From Cenococcum geophilum (Eukaryota), in the NCBI GenBank assembly GCA_050273025.1, contig CP158635.1, positions 13,516,001-13,580,000 of the forward strand: a stretch of 64,000 nucleotides of DNA, given 5' to 3'. The first letter of the stretch is position 1. The number at the start of each line of letters is the position of its first letter. The translations under genes were made by a program, and so were the position numbers. A model generated the notes under the pieces. That model did no database searches and was not told the origin of the DNA. It worked only from the letters and a program-made list of their open reading frames with translations. Positions 12,895 through 27,074 of the stretch are shown here, piece after piece.

Positions 12895-14108
12895 AAATGT
12901 AAACTATTGTTTAGAATTTATTACCTAGTTATTAATTACTCTTATATACCTCTACCTTTAAACTTTTTTAATACACAAAAACTTCGTTAAAACCCAGCAA
13001 TTTTCCTTAATATTTAGCTCTTGCCCTTGCAACATCCTCAGTATTAATTATTTAACGTTTTAACTAAGCTTTTAATACTATTTCTATCCATTTTATATAC
13101 CTACTCTACTTAGAGCTCTTATTAACCGTAGAAAAGTCCTCCTAAAAAGTAGTTTCACTAGAATATATGCTATATATTAATATAATAGTCTATAAAATAA
13201 AGTATAATTAGTAAATATAGGTAGGGCTTTTAATATAAATTAGATATATTAATACCTTTTGCTCTAAATAGCCCTTTTTTAAGGTTTTCTAAGACTATTT
13301 TACTACGCTACGGTATAATTAAGCCTAATATTTTAATGGAATTGGAATACCTTTTACTTTTATAAGTAAAGAGTAGTACCAATTATAAAATAATTAAGAA
13401 ATATTATTAGTATAACTAATAATTCCGTGCGGCCATATAATATCCTTATTTAAGAACTTTAGTAGTTTTCCGTTTATAGTAATTTCCCTAAATAGGTAAT
13501 AGTTTTCTTAAAGTAATAGAGAAGATTTAAGGGTATTTAACTGGAAAATTAAGGTTAATACTTAAGGTTAGTTAAGGTGCTAAACGGTATTAAACTAAAA
13601 TAGATTTCGCGTAAGTTCTAAGAAAGTCTCCTAAAGACCTCGCTGCACTAAAGTAAAATCTCTAACAGTCTTAATATTTAAGTTAAAATTAAATAAATTC
13701 TGCCTTTAAATAGTAACCTTTGCTTAGAGAGGTAAAGCGCGGTCTCTTTCTTAATGCAGCCGAGATATATTAGAGGAATTCTTAAAGACTAAAAGAGTAT
13801 AAGAGTGGGCCTTAGAGGAACTAAAAAGTAAAGGCATCTTTTAGTATTTTTAAAGATCATTTATACGGTGTAGGTGAATTCTTAGAGGATTAATATCCTC
13901 TATATTAGATTCTTTAAGAAACTACACTATTTCTCCTTTATCTTACCTAAATAAATTAATTATGTTTTTCTATTAAGGATATACTCTCTTTATAGTTATA
14001 CTAACATTTCCTTATAAATTGCGATCTCTTTATATATTCTTCTTCCTAATTAAATAAATTCCTTAGTAAACCTAAGAAGCCGTTTATTTTAAATGGTAAC
14101 TATAGCAT
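12895..14108 (-). pseudogene. Intron-containing gene of unknown function, divergent from the tyrosine recombinase; RIP-disrupted, 3' end abuts LINE copy 1
   Basis: ATG at 14108; GT..AG introns 13900-13946 and 13190-13255 with CTAAT branch-like sites; with RIP reversed: KGIPIPLKYWAQLYR...W, FWEDFS...EDVARARAEY...VFVYRK. Confidence 0.65.
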
Positions 14109-14444
14109 CTTAAGCTTTATTTCTTGTTAAACCTAAGGTCCCTCCTATACCCTAATTAAGCTGCTACTTTTTTCTTTTTAATAAAGCTATACTATAAAAA
14201 CAATTATTATAATAGAGATTTTCGAGATTTTATTAAAATATCTTAAAATTTTAGATATTTAATTTTAGATTTGTGTAGCGAAAATAGCTATATTAGCGGT
14301 TTTTTCTATAAACGCTAATTATTTCTTAGATCTCTTTAATAAAGGACTTACCCTGCACCTTATTCCTACTAAAAACCTTCTAATTGTTTTTTACACACTA
14401 CCAGCCTTAGAAATTTTAAGAATTACTTCCGTTCTTTTTAGAAA

Positions 14445-15990
14445 ATGTCTTATATCTCTTAAATTAACTCTTTTCTTTCGTTATTAGATACTAAAACTCC
14501 CTTAAATCCTATATAGAAAGCTATAGAAAATGCCGAAATTAATAAGGAACTTAATAAGCAACAAGAGATTTTAGTAATAGAAACTAACAATTCTATTAAA
14601 ATTAACAAGTTATTTAAAACTGTATATAAGGCTATAGAGGGTGCATTAGCACCTATAACTTTATTAGATTATATAGGGTATATTTCCTATATATTCTAAG
14701 AATTTAGTTAAAAACATTTATATCTAATAAGGTAATTCTAGGCAAATTAAAAAGTATATTAGATTTATAAAAAAGGAAGCCCTAAAGCTTAAAAAGTTTA
14801 TTAAAAAGCTAAATAAAGACGTTTTACCATTAATATGCCTATGGATTCAGTTTATTTATAAAAAGGCCGAACCTAGCTTATCTTCTTAGTTACTATAAGA
14901 AAGTGAGAATAGAACCTAGTTATATGCGCAAAAAATGCATACAATAGTCTCCTATTTCTATGCTTATGAGGTTCGTCTTAGAAGTAATAGATTTTCTAAG
15001 AAAAGTAATAGAGAATAGATAGGAAACCTAACACTTTTAGATATTGTGGTAAGATATATAAGAAGTCTACATAGACAAAAGGTATATTTTCTTTCTCAGT
15101 AATACCATTATTTTTTTACTATTTACTATAACTAACGCTATTTTATAGACTTGTGTAGGAGAAACGCAAGAAAGCGTAAGAGTAATTACTGCGTTAAAGC
15201 TTTAAGAGCTTTATAAATATAACGCAAATTTTAAATATATATCTTAGTTATCCCGTCTTCCTATAAACCAAGGAGGATGGATTTAAGGAGGTGTTTATTA
15301 GTAAATTATAATAAGCCTTATATATGCGATAGCTTTTGCCTATTTTCTTAGATTTAATAAGGTTCTGTATATTAAAGTTTAGCATATTCAAATCCACGAC
15401 CTTACTACTAGAAAGGTTAAACTTATACTTAATTTTTAGAAAACATATTAAACAGGAGGTAAGATCTTAAATTTTTAAAATATAACTACTTAATCTTAAC
15501 GGCTTTATAAAAATCTAACCCTTTTTTCTCTACTTTAACCAAGAAGAACCCTGGCTTAATATACCAACTCTCCTACTTAAATAGCTAGATATCTTAAAAG
15601 TTACGTTAGGTTACTTATTTAGACCATTTAATACATTTAACCAGCCAATGGTTAGTAAAAATGTTAAATTAGTAGGTTTTTTATTATTTTAATATTTTAT
15701 CTAGGCCTCTAGTGTTTTTCTTTAGAATTTTTAACAAAATCTTATTAATATTAGGGAAGATCCGCTTATTTATAGGGGCCACTCCTTTTAAAGGGGTGGC
15801 GTTCAGTATTTTTCTAGTGAAAAATACTGGGGAATTCGGAAATTATATAGTTGGGGAAGCTGGAGCTTAGAGTTTAATTCTTTAACAATTATACGGTATC
15901 TTCTTAGTAGAAATAATAATCTAGTTAAATCTCACAAGGATTATATAAATCCTAGGGCTTAAAAAGGTACCTTATATCCTTATTATGGAA
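14445..15990 (+). pseudogene. Tyrosine recombinase (Crypton-like DNA breaking-rejoining enzyme), multi-intron, RIP-disrupted
   Basis: Introns 14678-14741, 15082-15148, 15459-15510 (acceptor mutated), possibly 15672-15704, preserve the frame; with RIP reversed: GNPTLS..V.RY.RSLHRQK, LRFDEVL (15347), RKTHQTG (15437), HSFRRGGVQ (15780), WGGWS (15852), RYLL with candidate catalytic Tyr at 15897; 3' end approximate. Confidence 0.85.
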
Positions 15991-16479
15991 GATCTTATAA
16001 CTATACATAATAGATATAGCTATATATTTAGCGTAAGCAGTAGGGTTATAATAGTTATAATATTTATTATAATAAGGCCTTATTATTTTCCTAAATAGAC
16101 TTACTACCTAATTACTAGCCTTCTTATACTATTAAATAATTAACTTTTAATACTCCTATTTAAACTAATAGTATTAGTTAATAACTATTACTTAAACTAA
16201 TTATATAAAAAAGAGAGCTTTTATCTAACCCTTATATAAATATAATATAAATAGATAAACTAAGTAAACTATAGGCCTTATTAAATCTTTAAAAGTATTT
16301 AGGTAATATCTATTTAAATTAATAAAATATTAATATTAATATTTAACTAATCTCTTATAGGTTATTATCTACTTGTTTTTCTTAAATAAATAGTCTCTTA
16401 ATAGGGCTATATTTTATATTTACTAAAGAGTATATACTAGGCACTTATTTTATCTAAAATGCCTTTTATTAGAATTATA

Positions 16480-16820
16480 TATAAGAGGCCAGCTTGACCG
16501 GAACGTATGATTATCTAATTGACAGTGTTACTGGTAAGTAGAAGGTAAGTCAAAGGTAAGTTAAAGGTAAGTTAAAGGTAAGTTAAAGGTAGAATAAGTT
16601 TTACGTATTAAAGGACAAATGCTTTTAACCACTTCTATTTAGAGACTAATTGCTAGTTCTTCTTTAGAGGGGAACTAGCTTTCTATATATTCCTTTTAAG
16701 ACGCTAGTAAAACCTTTCGCCCCTAACCTATCTAACCATGTCTTCTAGAATATAGATAGGATATAGATGAAACCTCTTACCGTCTTATCGGATATATACC
16801 TCTTAGGGGATTCCGTTATA
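16480..16820 (-). repeat. 3' LTR of Gypsy A (341 bp)
   Basis: Direct repeat of 31826-32155 with four GGTAAGTTAAA-type units instead of three. Confidence 0.95.
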
Positions 16821-17413
16821 ATTACCTCCCCTCCTAAGGTCTTAGTCCTCTAAGACTTCGCCTTTACTAAGCTTTTATAGAGTTTTAGCTAAAACTACTG
16901 GGGAAACCCTTAGTAAAAAGGTACTCTATAATGCGACTTATTGCCGGCTCTTTACTAGCGCGGAACTTTACTTTATCTTTTATTCCTTTACTCTTCTCCC
17001 ACCCTAGCTCCTTATAGTGCTTTTATAATAGGATTTTAATAATAGTAATAAAAATTTGGTGGGATTTACCCCTCTAATTTTAGGAATTTGTTGTAAATAG
17101 ATTTAGAGGTTATCTGGTGTAACGCGTTAACTAACTACTAACCCTATTTACCTAAATGGGCTTTAATAATAACGTCTTTTATTTTAATTTTTTTCTATTT
17201 ATAAGTCGTTATCTTTCCCTTGTCCTTCTATTAATAACACTATTCGTCTTATTCTTAAACAGGCTATTTTTATTATATCTCGCCTTTCAGCTTCTATATC
17301 TCTAGCTATACTTCTATTACTGCCTTATTATCTTTTCTTAACGCGTTTATAAGCAGCAGGATCCCTACTTTATCTCTTATAATAATGCTAACTTCTTAAA
17401 GTATTCTCTTATA

Positions 17414-18327
17414 ATGGCTTGTGGTCATTCTGCGCGTCCCTAGACTAGCGGCAGTGTCGTTAATCTCCCGGTAACGCCCTAGACAGCGTCTATTACTCCT
17501 ACAGCAGTTTCCCTAAAATACTATCGTCGCTATATTTATACTCTTACGCAGGATCCTTCCTACATTTATAAGATGCCTTACTCTAGCAAAAACAAATCCA
17601 AGTACTCCTATTATCGTAGTAGGAGAAAAACCTACGTCCTAGTATTTCCTATTCCGTCTTATTCTAGATTTCACTAATTATACTAGATCCCCGCTATCTA
17701 TACGTATAAGACTTATAGGCTCTAACGCGCTATCTAAGATTTCCGCTAATATCCTAATAGTAATAGGCGGGGATAGAAGGTGTCTTCCCTCGCTTATAGA
17801 CTCTTTAATTTTATAAGGGTTTCCACTGCTATAAAAATGTAATGTTCTTGGATATATAGTATCTAAGAGCGTATATACGAACAGCTCGTCCTTATTAATA
17901 ATAATATTTATACTTTTACGCGGGCTACTCTAGCTAGGTAAGTTTCTCTAGTAACTTACTTAGGAACTATGCTAACTCCTTTAGCTAATATCTCTCTAAT
18001 CCCTGCTTAGACGCCAATTTAGAACCTAGGGATACTAAGGATAGCGATAAAGGTTAAGATAAACGTTCTCCTTGCCAGTCTCTTGCCTATGCTAGTCCTT
18101 TCAGTACCCGTTATTCTAAGAAGAATATTAGTGAAAGTGCTAATGCTTCTAGGGATAGAGGAGCCGATAATACTATTAATAATAACGTTAAGATGGAAGA
18201 GGAGGCTCCTATTACTGCTGCTAGTATTTAAGTTATTACCTAGCTCTTTCCTTCTTCTTATAGAATAGCTTTTTATAGTGCCTCTTAGGTGCCTCTAGGA
18301 TGCCCTATTATTAAGAATTAACTTTAT
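17414..18327 (+). pseudogene. Antisense extra gene inside Gypsy A, two introns, N-terminal six-cysteine (Zn2Cys6-like) motif; RIP-disrupted
   Basis: ATG 17414; introns 17642-17686 (GTATTT..CACTAAT..TAG) and 17938-17984 (GTAAGT..GCTAAC..TAG) keep one frame; reading TAT/TAC as TGT/TGC gives C-x2-C-x11-C-x11-C-x2-C-x6-C; stop position uncertain. Confidence 0.65.
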
Positions 18328-19602
18328 ACTTTAGGGATGCCTTTATTCTAAGCTTTAGTAATAATCTATATAAACGCAGTATACTACTATAATCCCCATA
18401 TATAATAAATGGGTGGTATTCCTATAGGTGCCTTATAATTCCTTAAAATCTCTAATTCTTTATAGGCTGTCCTTTTGCTCCTCTTCGTACTATTAACTTT
18501 ACTGTATATCTCCGGTGCCAGGCCAGATACTCTCCTTTTATCCCTAAGGGATCTTTCTAAATCCCTAAGGCCACTTCTTATAATGCTACTGCTTTTTCTT
18601 AAACAGCGTCTTCTTTAAATAGTATCCCTAGTAGTTCTCCTATAGATCTTTATAGGCTTCCTTTTATAGGATTTTAGGATCCCTGTTATAATAGCGAAAC
18701 GTTTCCGTTCTTAATGCCTATGCTTAATCCTATGGTTTTAATTTATAGGGTCTTCTCTATCGCTTCACCTATAGCATATCCGGAACCATTTTTAAGTCTT
18801 TACCTTTGGTTCTTAGGAAGGTTTTAATTGCGGTGTTGTATCTTAGCTAAAGGTACTTTTTAAGTTCCTAACTATTATACGCCTAGAAGTATCCTTCCTA
18901 ACGAACTAAAAATTCGCGCTTCTTCTGGCGCTATCTTTAGTCTAAAATGTCTTCTACATTCCATTCTAGTTCCCTATTAATTTCGCTAGGTAGGGGTAGT
19001 TCCGCACTATCTTTTCTCTAGTATAGCTCTAGTAAGGAAATATAAAATATAGGATATATTAGATAAGATTTCGGTAATTCTAATTTATAGGCTTGGTTTC
19101 CTTTAGTTTTTTTAACTATCTTAAAGGGTCTGAGCCACCGGTGATTCAGCTTCTTCTTAATACGTTTTATTTAGATATTTTTTATAAATAGTAAGACTTC
19201 GTCTTCTATCTCAAATTCTTTTAGTATATATTTTTTATTATAGTACCTTTTTTGCACGGCCTGGGCGTCTAGTAAATGCTTTTTAAGTTCCTCTCTACGA
19301 ATTCTTATTTGCTTAATTCTTTCGGACGCTACCAGTGCCTCTTTTTTAGGAACGATGTCCTTAATATTTTAGGGGTTATTTACTTTTACCCCAAACAATG
19401 CTTTATAAGGGGTTATTTTTATACTGCTATAGATGCTTATGTTATATATATGCTGCGCTAGAGTTAACTATAATGTCTAATTATCTTGTTAATAATTAAT
19501 ATAGTAGCGGAGGTAGTGTTCTAACAACGTATTTAGACACTTTATTTACCCGTCTATTTACGGGTAGAAGGTAGTGCTTATCCTTTGCCGTATTTTTAAT
19601 AA

Positions 19603-22600
19603 TAATAATTCATTGCTTAACGTCTAATTTGGATCCCTATTGGGCCCACGCGGACTACTCCTTATTTACATATAGGGAGAAAACTCTATTTAAGAAAAAT
19701 AAGAAAACCCCGTAATCCATCTCCCCGCCTTTTAGGACTTGCCTACTTAGCGCCTACGAGTCGCCTATGGTGCTCTACTACTTTACTGTTTAACCTCCTT
19801 GGGAACCACTGCTGCCGTAATAAGCCTATGGACGCGCTAGTATTATAAACTATTACTTTACTACTATAGAGTTACTAGGGGGCACCTACTGCTTACCCCC
19901 TTGCCTTCTATTACTATTTCCCTTATAACCCGGAACTAATTTAGTATATTTTAACTAATAAGCCACTAGGTAACCGCCTTAAGGCCTTTTATATTAAGAG
20001 CAGTGTATTATAGTTCTCTATGCCAGCTGCTAAGAGTATTATTTCTTAATTAGTGCGTAGGGGGCATAGCAGTATTACGTGTTTTAGTGTCTATCTTAGC
20101 CAGCCATATTTATATCTTAGGCTACCTACTAGGACACCTACCTAGTAAAGCCAATCTTTTAGTCCTATTATTCCTATTCTTAAGAGTATTACTATTATAT
20201 TTTCTACCTTTATTAGGCCTTCTTAGAGCCCTTAGGTATTTACCCCCTATAGCGTTAACTATACTATAACTTAGGTTCGTCTTGCCTAAGTTAGCCTCTA
20301 TACCTTTAACTCCTATTTACCTTTCTAGCGTTAGTCCAACCAGTATTATATTACAGTAGATAGTTTCCTAGCGTTCTTACGTGTTCTACTTTAGCTCCTT
20401 TCTCTATCTTACTATTATCTTTACTAACCTCTTATACGTCTTCCTTTCTCCTCTATATAGGCCTAGGCCCTAAAGCGGCACTATTCTTTTTCTACTTTCT
20501 TTACCTATTTCTCTAATATCTCTTTCCTACTTTAGGGTTATTAGTTTATTCTCCTACGGGGCACCCTAAGGTCCCTCTATAGTTTACTTAGGCGTGTCTT
20601 AATATACTTTATAATATTAGAGTTACATTTATTTTACGTCCTTTATATTACAGCGGCTTTAATATATAACTATAGGGGGGGAATATTAGATTCCTTCTTA
20701 AGTAGTACTATAGCCGTTCGCTTATACCCGCCTATAATACTCTAAAGGCAGGCTATTTAGACCTTTTAAAGTGGTTTAAGGAGTAATTTAGGGGGGCCCT
20801 TCTTAGTTTCTCTAATGGCCCAAATACTGGATCTATATGTTATAGTTGGCCAGATAACTACTATATATAGTAGGCGTAACCTCTAGAAGTATAGACCCTA
20901 TATAGAATTAACAATCCTAGATAAAGCAATAAACTATATTTAGCCTTTATAGGCCGCTTATGCCGTATATACGCTCCACCGGAGCTTACTATTTACCTAT
21001 ACTCCTAATACCCTTAGGCCCTAAACTGGTTAACCCCTAAAGCCTTAGATGCAAATTATATACTAAAGATCTATAGATTAGTTATATTTTCTTATAAAAT
21101 AGATTAGCTGGTATTTCTCTAGTAAGAATTAGACTCTATAACATTTTGCCTATTTTATATAAATGTTATAGGCTTTCTCTAGTGTTCTATAATTCTTTAC
21201 GGCTGTTAGCCCATATATAATTAGGTTTATATTATTAATAAAGCCTATCCTCTAGGTCGCCCCTTTCTTAAAAGAGTTAAGTAGGTTGCTTATAAAGAAA
21301 AGGAAGAGTATAGGCAAGAGGGGTAATCCTTATAGTATTCCTATTGCAACTATAATAGGGGGGCTCTAGTATCCGCTAAAGACTAGTAATATTTCTTTCT
21401 GGCCTATAAACCCTTAGATAAATTATATAATCTATTTTAAGAAGCCCTTTACCCTAAGGATATATAGGAGACGCTTATAAGGTATATTATTATAGGCACC
21501 ACTAATATCTAGGCTAAGTATTAATACTATAAAGTCCTTTTATATCGCCTATATAGATTTAATAGTGGTAGTAAGTAGCGTAAGTACTTATAGTGTTAAG
21601 CGGTTCTTTCTTGCCCCTATTTAGCTTTATAGTAGTATAGTATATTCCTCTACTATATTTACTATGCGTTCCGCTATTACCCTTTCTAAGATCTTGCTAA
21701 GGGTGTTTTTTAAGGTAATAGGGCAGTAGCTTCCTAGGATTAAGTAATCTACTTTACCTTCTTTTTGTAGAATAACCGTCGTTATAGATCTTCCGAGTTG
21801 TGGGTAGTAGCCTATAGTAAAGTATGCTCTAGCTACATCTATAAGCTAAGGTGCTATAAGTAGCCTATAGGTTTTTAGGGCTTTATTTGGAATTCCATCT
21901 GGTCCTAATGCTATATTATTTAAAAGGCGGCTAATAGTTTTAGCTATTTCCTCTATTATTATATCGCTGTTAACCTATAGGCAAATTACTAGTATTTCGC
22001 CCGTAATATTACTAAGGTCTACTAAAGCCGGTTAGGGAAAGAACCTTTCTATAAGGATCTTTGCCTTCTTATTATTATTATTTATAGCCTATAATTCTCC
22101 TACTCTTTATAAGGGTAGTAGGTATAGATCTTCTGCTAGGCGCCCTACCTTTTTCTTTACCTATTTTGCTATAGCCTAAAGGCCTTTATTATAGGGGAGG
22201 CTCGGGTTAGAAGTATACTTATTTATAAACTATCTCTAGTTATTCCTTACTTCTTTTTTTAGGGTATTCTTTAGCTAGTTTCTTATATCTTTATATTATC
22301 TCTTATCTTTAGAGTTATAGCTACTTATATATTTCCTTCTTGCTCGTTATTAGCTGGTAACTAGAACTGCGCATTATATAGACTATACGTGTCGCGTATA
22401 GGGGCCTAGTTTTAAGATCGGGCAGTGCTCTTTTAGCCTATTTTTAATTACTACCTAGATCCTTTCTAGTCTTCGGTTAATTTCCTTAGGGGTGGCTAAT
22501 AAGCCTCGCTCGTTTAGTATTAGGTAGATTTCTTTTAAGTCTTAGAGTTATTGTTTAACTATATTAAGGAAACTGTCTATTTTAAGCTTCCTTATTATAT

Positions 22601-25143
22601 ATCTTTTTCTATTTAGTTATACTTTAGTATCTAGGTCTAGCTATATCTAGATAGGGATATAGTCTAGGGTAAGTACCTATTCTTCTTTAGGGTTATACCT
22701 TTTAAGTCTCTAGTATAGGCCTTTGTCTATAAATATAAGGTTAATTATACTTCTGGCGGTGCCTTATTGCCATATAATTACTCCTAGGGGGGTAGCTAGC
22801 TTAAGGCCCTAAATATCTATAGCTTTTAGTAGGCACTTTAACTATTAATCTACAGTAATATAGATGCCCCCCTACCGTGGGTAGTGGAGGTTTATATCTT
22901 CTAGTAGGATAAACTTTATACCTTTGGTTTCTAGTAAGCTTATTACTAATATAATATTCTCTATTTATAGGACCCCTTTAACCCTAGGGTTATATACATT
23001 AATAATTTATACCGGTCCCCTATATATTTAGATTATTATAACTACAATATCTAGGTTAACTACCTACTATAACTATAAGGATAGGCTAATAGCCTTGCTA
23101 ATTATAAAGCATATATATATAGCTGCTTTTAGTTTATATAGAAGCTGGAATCCTTAGGGGCAGTATATTAATTATATAAAGGTATTATAATACGGTTCTT
23201 ATATAGTAAGGATATAATATTTCTCTGGGTCTAGACTGTCTAGTAGGGGCCTTATAAGGCGGTAGTTTATATTACCGCAGTTATACTATATAATGGATAG
23301 GTGGCGGACCCCCGGCGAGGGTCCTTTAACTCTTCTTTGTTCCTCGCTTCTTTTATTTTTACTTTCTCTAGAATATTCGGAGCTTCTATCTCTTATATCT
23401 ACACCCTAGTTACTACTTATTTTATATAGAGCTTTCTATTCCTATGTCTTATATTCCTATTAGCGCTTCTATATCTAAATCTATTATTATTACTAGTTCT
23501 TCCCCTATTCTTACTAGTCGGCTATATACCCTTTATAGGTCAGCTATAAATGTTATATTTACCGCATTAAGTCTAATTCTTAATTGTCCTAGTTTTAAGC
23601 CTACTATTACTGTCTATAGGGGTCTTTCTATAGGGCGTCCTCTCCCTTATATCCCCTATAACCCTTATATCCCTAATTGGTCTAGTAATATTACGTAGCA
23701 TCGCTTCTGGCCCATTAAGGCTTAGGATGGCTAGCCTAGCCCTTTAGTATTAAAGGTAGGAAATGCTAGAAAGGCGCCTGCGTCCCCCTAGCTTATTGCC
23801 TATTATTTCTATTTATATAACCTAGCGTACAGTTATTCCCGTAGCTATTAAGCCCTTACCTTCCGTCTTCTGTATTTAATACAGTCTTCTCTCTCCCACG
23901 CCTTATATATGCTTTAGTAGCAGTTTACGCATTTTGTTTAGTCTTAATTTAAGCAATATCTTATATTGTAGGGGCCTATATAGTAGCTGTAGTATACCTA
24001 TACTGCGCATATAGATTAGGTGTGTCCCTATTATATATAGTAATAGTATTATTTTAGGCGTAGTCTGTAGTTATAGAGCATTATATTATATATAAGGCTA
24101 TTTATAATTATTTCTTTTTGGATAAGGAGTTTTTACATTCCTAGTATATATATGCTAACAATAAGGAAGCTATACGTTTATCCAGCGTCTCCCTAGCGAG
24201 TCTCCGGCAACCCTTATATTATTTTATTATTTTTATTATATACTTAGTTTATATTTTCTTATTAAAGCTATTAGATTTAGGTGATTTTAAGTCCTAGTAT
24301 AAGGCGTTCCGTTTATCTTACTATCTCCTATATAATTACTATATTATCCGCCTAGCGTCCCTTTTCTACCCTAAGGCTTATAGGAACTACTAGGACTTTA
24401 ACTAGGTAATCCTTACGGAGTACTTTTATGCTAATACATTCTCCTAGCCTATCCCCTACCCTTACGGCTTATTTCTTTACCTATTAGTCCTTTAACTCTA
24501 ATATCTCCGCTTTTAAGGTATTGGACTATAACAGCGTTATAGACCTCTTTACGTATCTCTATAAGGACTTCTATTTCTAATTATCCCCTAAGCCCCTCTA
24601 CTTATTTTATATTTAGTTATATTATAATTATATACCCGTTTATTAACTTAAGGGGGGTAGGTTCCCTGTGCTATAAAAGCGCAGCTACGGCGGCCTAGGT
24701 GCGGTTTGCCGATAAGGGGGAATTATACTTATTTTTAATTTTGCTTAGCTATTAGAGGATTTAATTAAGGATTTACTAGAGGGGCGCCTAAGATTCGCTA
24801 GACTAGCGGAGCCATTCTACTAGCTATATTAGTTTGTTATAGCTAATAGTTACTTCCCTATAATTTTAGATACTAGACGCGTCTAATAGGCTTTATATTT
24901 TATTAGATACCTTCTTAATAGAGGTATTTCCGCTTTATAGTGTGGTATTCGCCTATCTTTATTATAGAGGGCCATTGCTAGGTGTAGTCCTAGCGGTCGC
25001 ACGTAAATGCAAGCCACCGTCGTTTAACGTATGCCTCCCCTGCGATGCATGTATCTTAGGGGGATTCTCTAGGTGTTTTTTAGGGTTCTTTTGGTTGGTT
25101 TTGGTCTTTTTGGGCCAGGTGCAGCAAGAGCTCCTTTTTTTGG
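19603..25143 (-). mobile_element. Tad1-like LINE copy 2, inserted in the Gypsy A integrase
   Basis: Homologous to copy 1; 18-bp TSD TTGCCGTATTTTTAATAA (19585-19602 and 25144-25161); 9 extra bases at the 5' junction. Confidence 0.95.
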
Positions 25144-27074
25144 TTGCCGTATTTTTAATAAGAGATAAAATAAAGACTAAAATATACTATTAAATACGGT
25201 ACCTCTATTAGATACGATTCCCCTTAGCGTACTAAATAAGAGCTACTGTTTTAAAAATAGGTCTGCCAGTTCTGCTGCTGTGATCGTTATTATAATAGTA
25301 AAGTATCCTAAAAACTTTATATACCTATTAACGATTACTAGGATAGCGTTAGCAACCTCTTTAGTTCTTATCTTAGTAGGGGGTAAGCCTATAATAAAAT
25401 TCATTATTAATTCTAATATAGGTCCCTACGGAATAGGAAGTACTAATAACTCGCCGTATAGGCGATGCCTGGATATCTATATCCTTTAGCACGTATTATA
25501 CCTCAATATATAGTCCTTAACCTCTTTAGACATTCTGTCCTAAAAGTATTTCCTTTAAACGGCCTTAAGGGTTCTATTGGCACCGTAATAACCCCTAAGA
25601 GGGTTATTATGGAAGACCTTTAGAATTTCGTCTTAAATTGCTTAGTCCTTTAGGATATATACAGCACCCTTAAAGCGTAATAGACCCTTTTAGTCTTACT
25701 ACTATAGCTTCTTAGTAACTCTAGCTAAGTTAGTCTCTACTATATCTTTCCACCTCTCCCTAGAGGCGAAGGCGTCCCTTTATTAAGCTTAAAGAAGAAG
25801 ATCTAGAAAGGTTTTATGTAGATTACTTACTTCCGTTTCGCCTGCCGCTATTATAGACTTAAGGTATAGCACGAGACGTTTTAAACCATTAATGCTAGTA
25901 GATTTTCCTACTATTATGCAGTATACCACGCTACGGATAGGTATCTCGCTTATCCCCTTTAGATCCGAAAACTCGCAGCTAATACGCCGTCGAGTTAAAG
26001 GTGCCGTAATACCTCTAGCATATCCTATAGAATTCTTACTAATTCTAGGGTACGCTAACTTTATAACGTCTACTTGGTCTATAACCTAGTCTATAACTAT
26101 ATTCTATAGCTCTACAATTATATTGCTTCGCAGCTATATCGCTAGGACTTCTGTCTTACCGCGAAATTCTATAGTTCTAGGGAAAGAGTCTTCTTTTTTC
26201 CTGAGCAAATTTTGCAATATAGGGATTATTTCCCCTATGCTGTCCTAGATCCTCTCTGTCTTATAATCTAGACGTCTTAATAACCTATTGGTAGGATTTA
26301 TCTTCCCTAGGCGGTACGTAATTTTAAAGTTATACTATAATAGTGCCTCTGCCTATCTTGCTTATTAACCGCTTAACACCTTTATAGTTATAAAGTATTT
26401 TAGGTTATTATAGTCTATAAGGACTTTAATGGGATAATTGCTTCCTATACAATAATATCGCCAGTACTTTATTACTGCGATTATTATAAGCAGCTCCTAG
26501 TCGTGCGTTATGTAATACTGCTCTATAAGAGTTATTTTCCTTAACTAAAACGCCATAGGATGCTATTTTCCGTCTTTTAATTAAGATATAATTACCCCTA
26601 GGGTAAAGCCGGATGTATCTATTTTAAGGTATATACGTAGCTCCTAGTAAAAGTGTATTAGGATAGGCACTAATATAAATTAATCCTTTAACTGGTCTAT
26701 AGCCTACTTAGTAGCTTCCCTAAATATAAAGGGTCCTAACTTCTTACTATTCTTAAATCCTTTTAGTAGATTAGTAATTAGGAGTATTACTTATAAGTAA
26801 TAAATAATAAACGTTTAGTAGAAGTTTGCTGTGCCTAAGAAAACCTATACTTCTCTAAATGTTATAGGGTAGGGCTATTCCCTAATGGCGTCTACCCAAC
26901 TTTTCTCTATTAACACTCCGTTAACGCTAACAATAAAGCCTAAAAAATTAATGCTAGTAGTATAGAACGTGCACTTTTTTAGGTTTATATAGAGCTTATA
27001 TTCCCGCAGTCTTTCTACATCGGGAAAATATTCGCAGGATAAGATTTAAGTTGACTTTGGTGTTCGCGTTTCGC

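Noticed and set aside
14445..15990. Starship captain (DUF3435) or DIRS/Ngaro recombinase
   Set aside because: The protein is short (~450 aa), has HSFRRGG/WGGWS motifs and introns, and has no linked RT or recognisable cargo; Crypton-like fits better, pending an HMM search.
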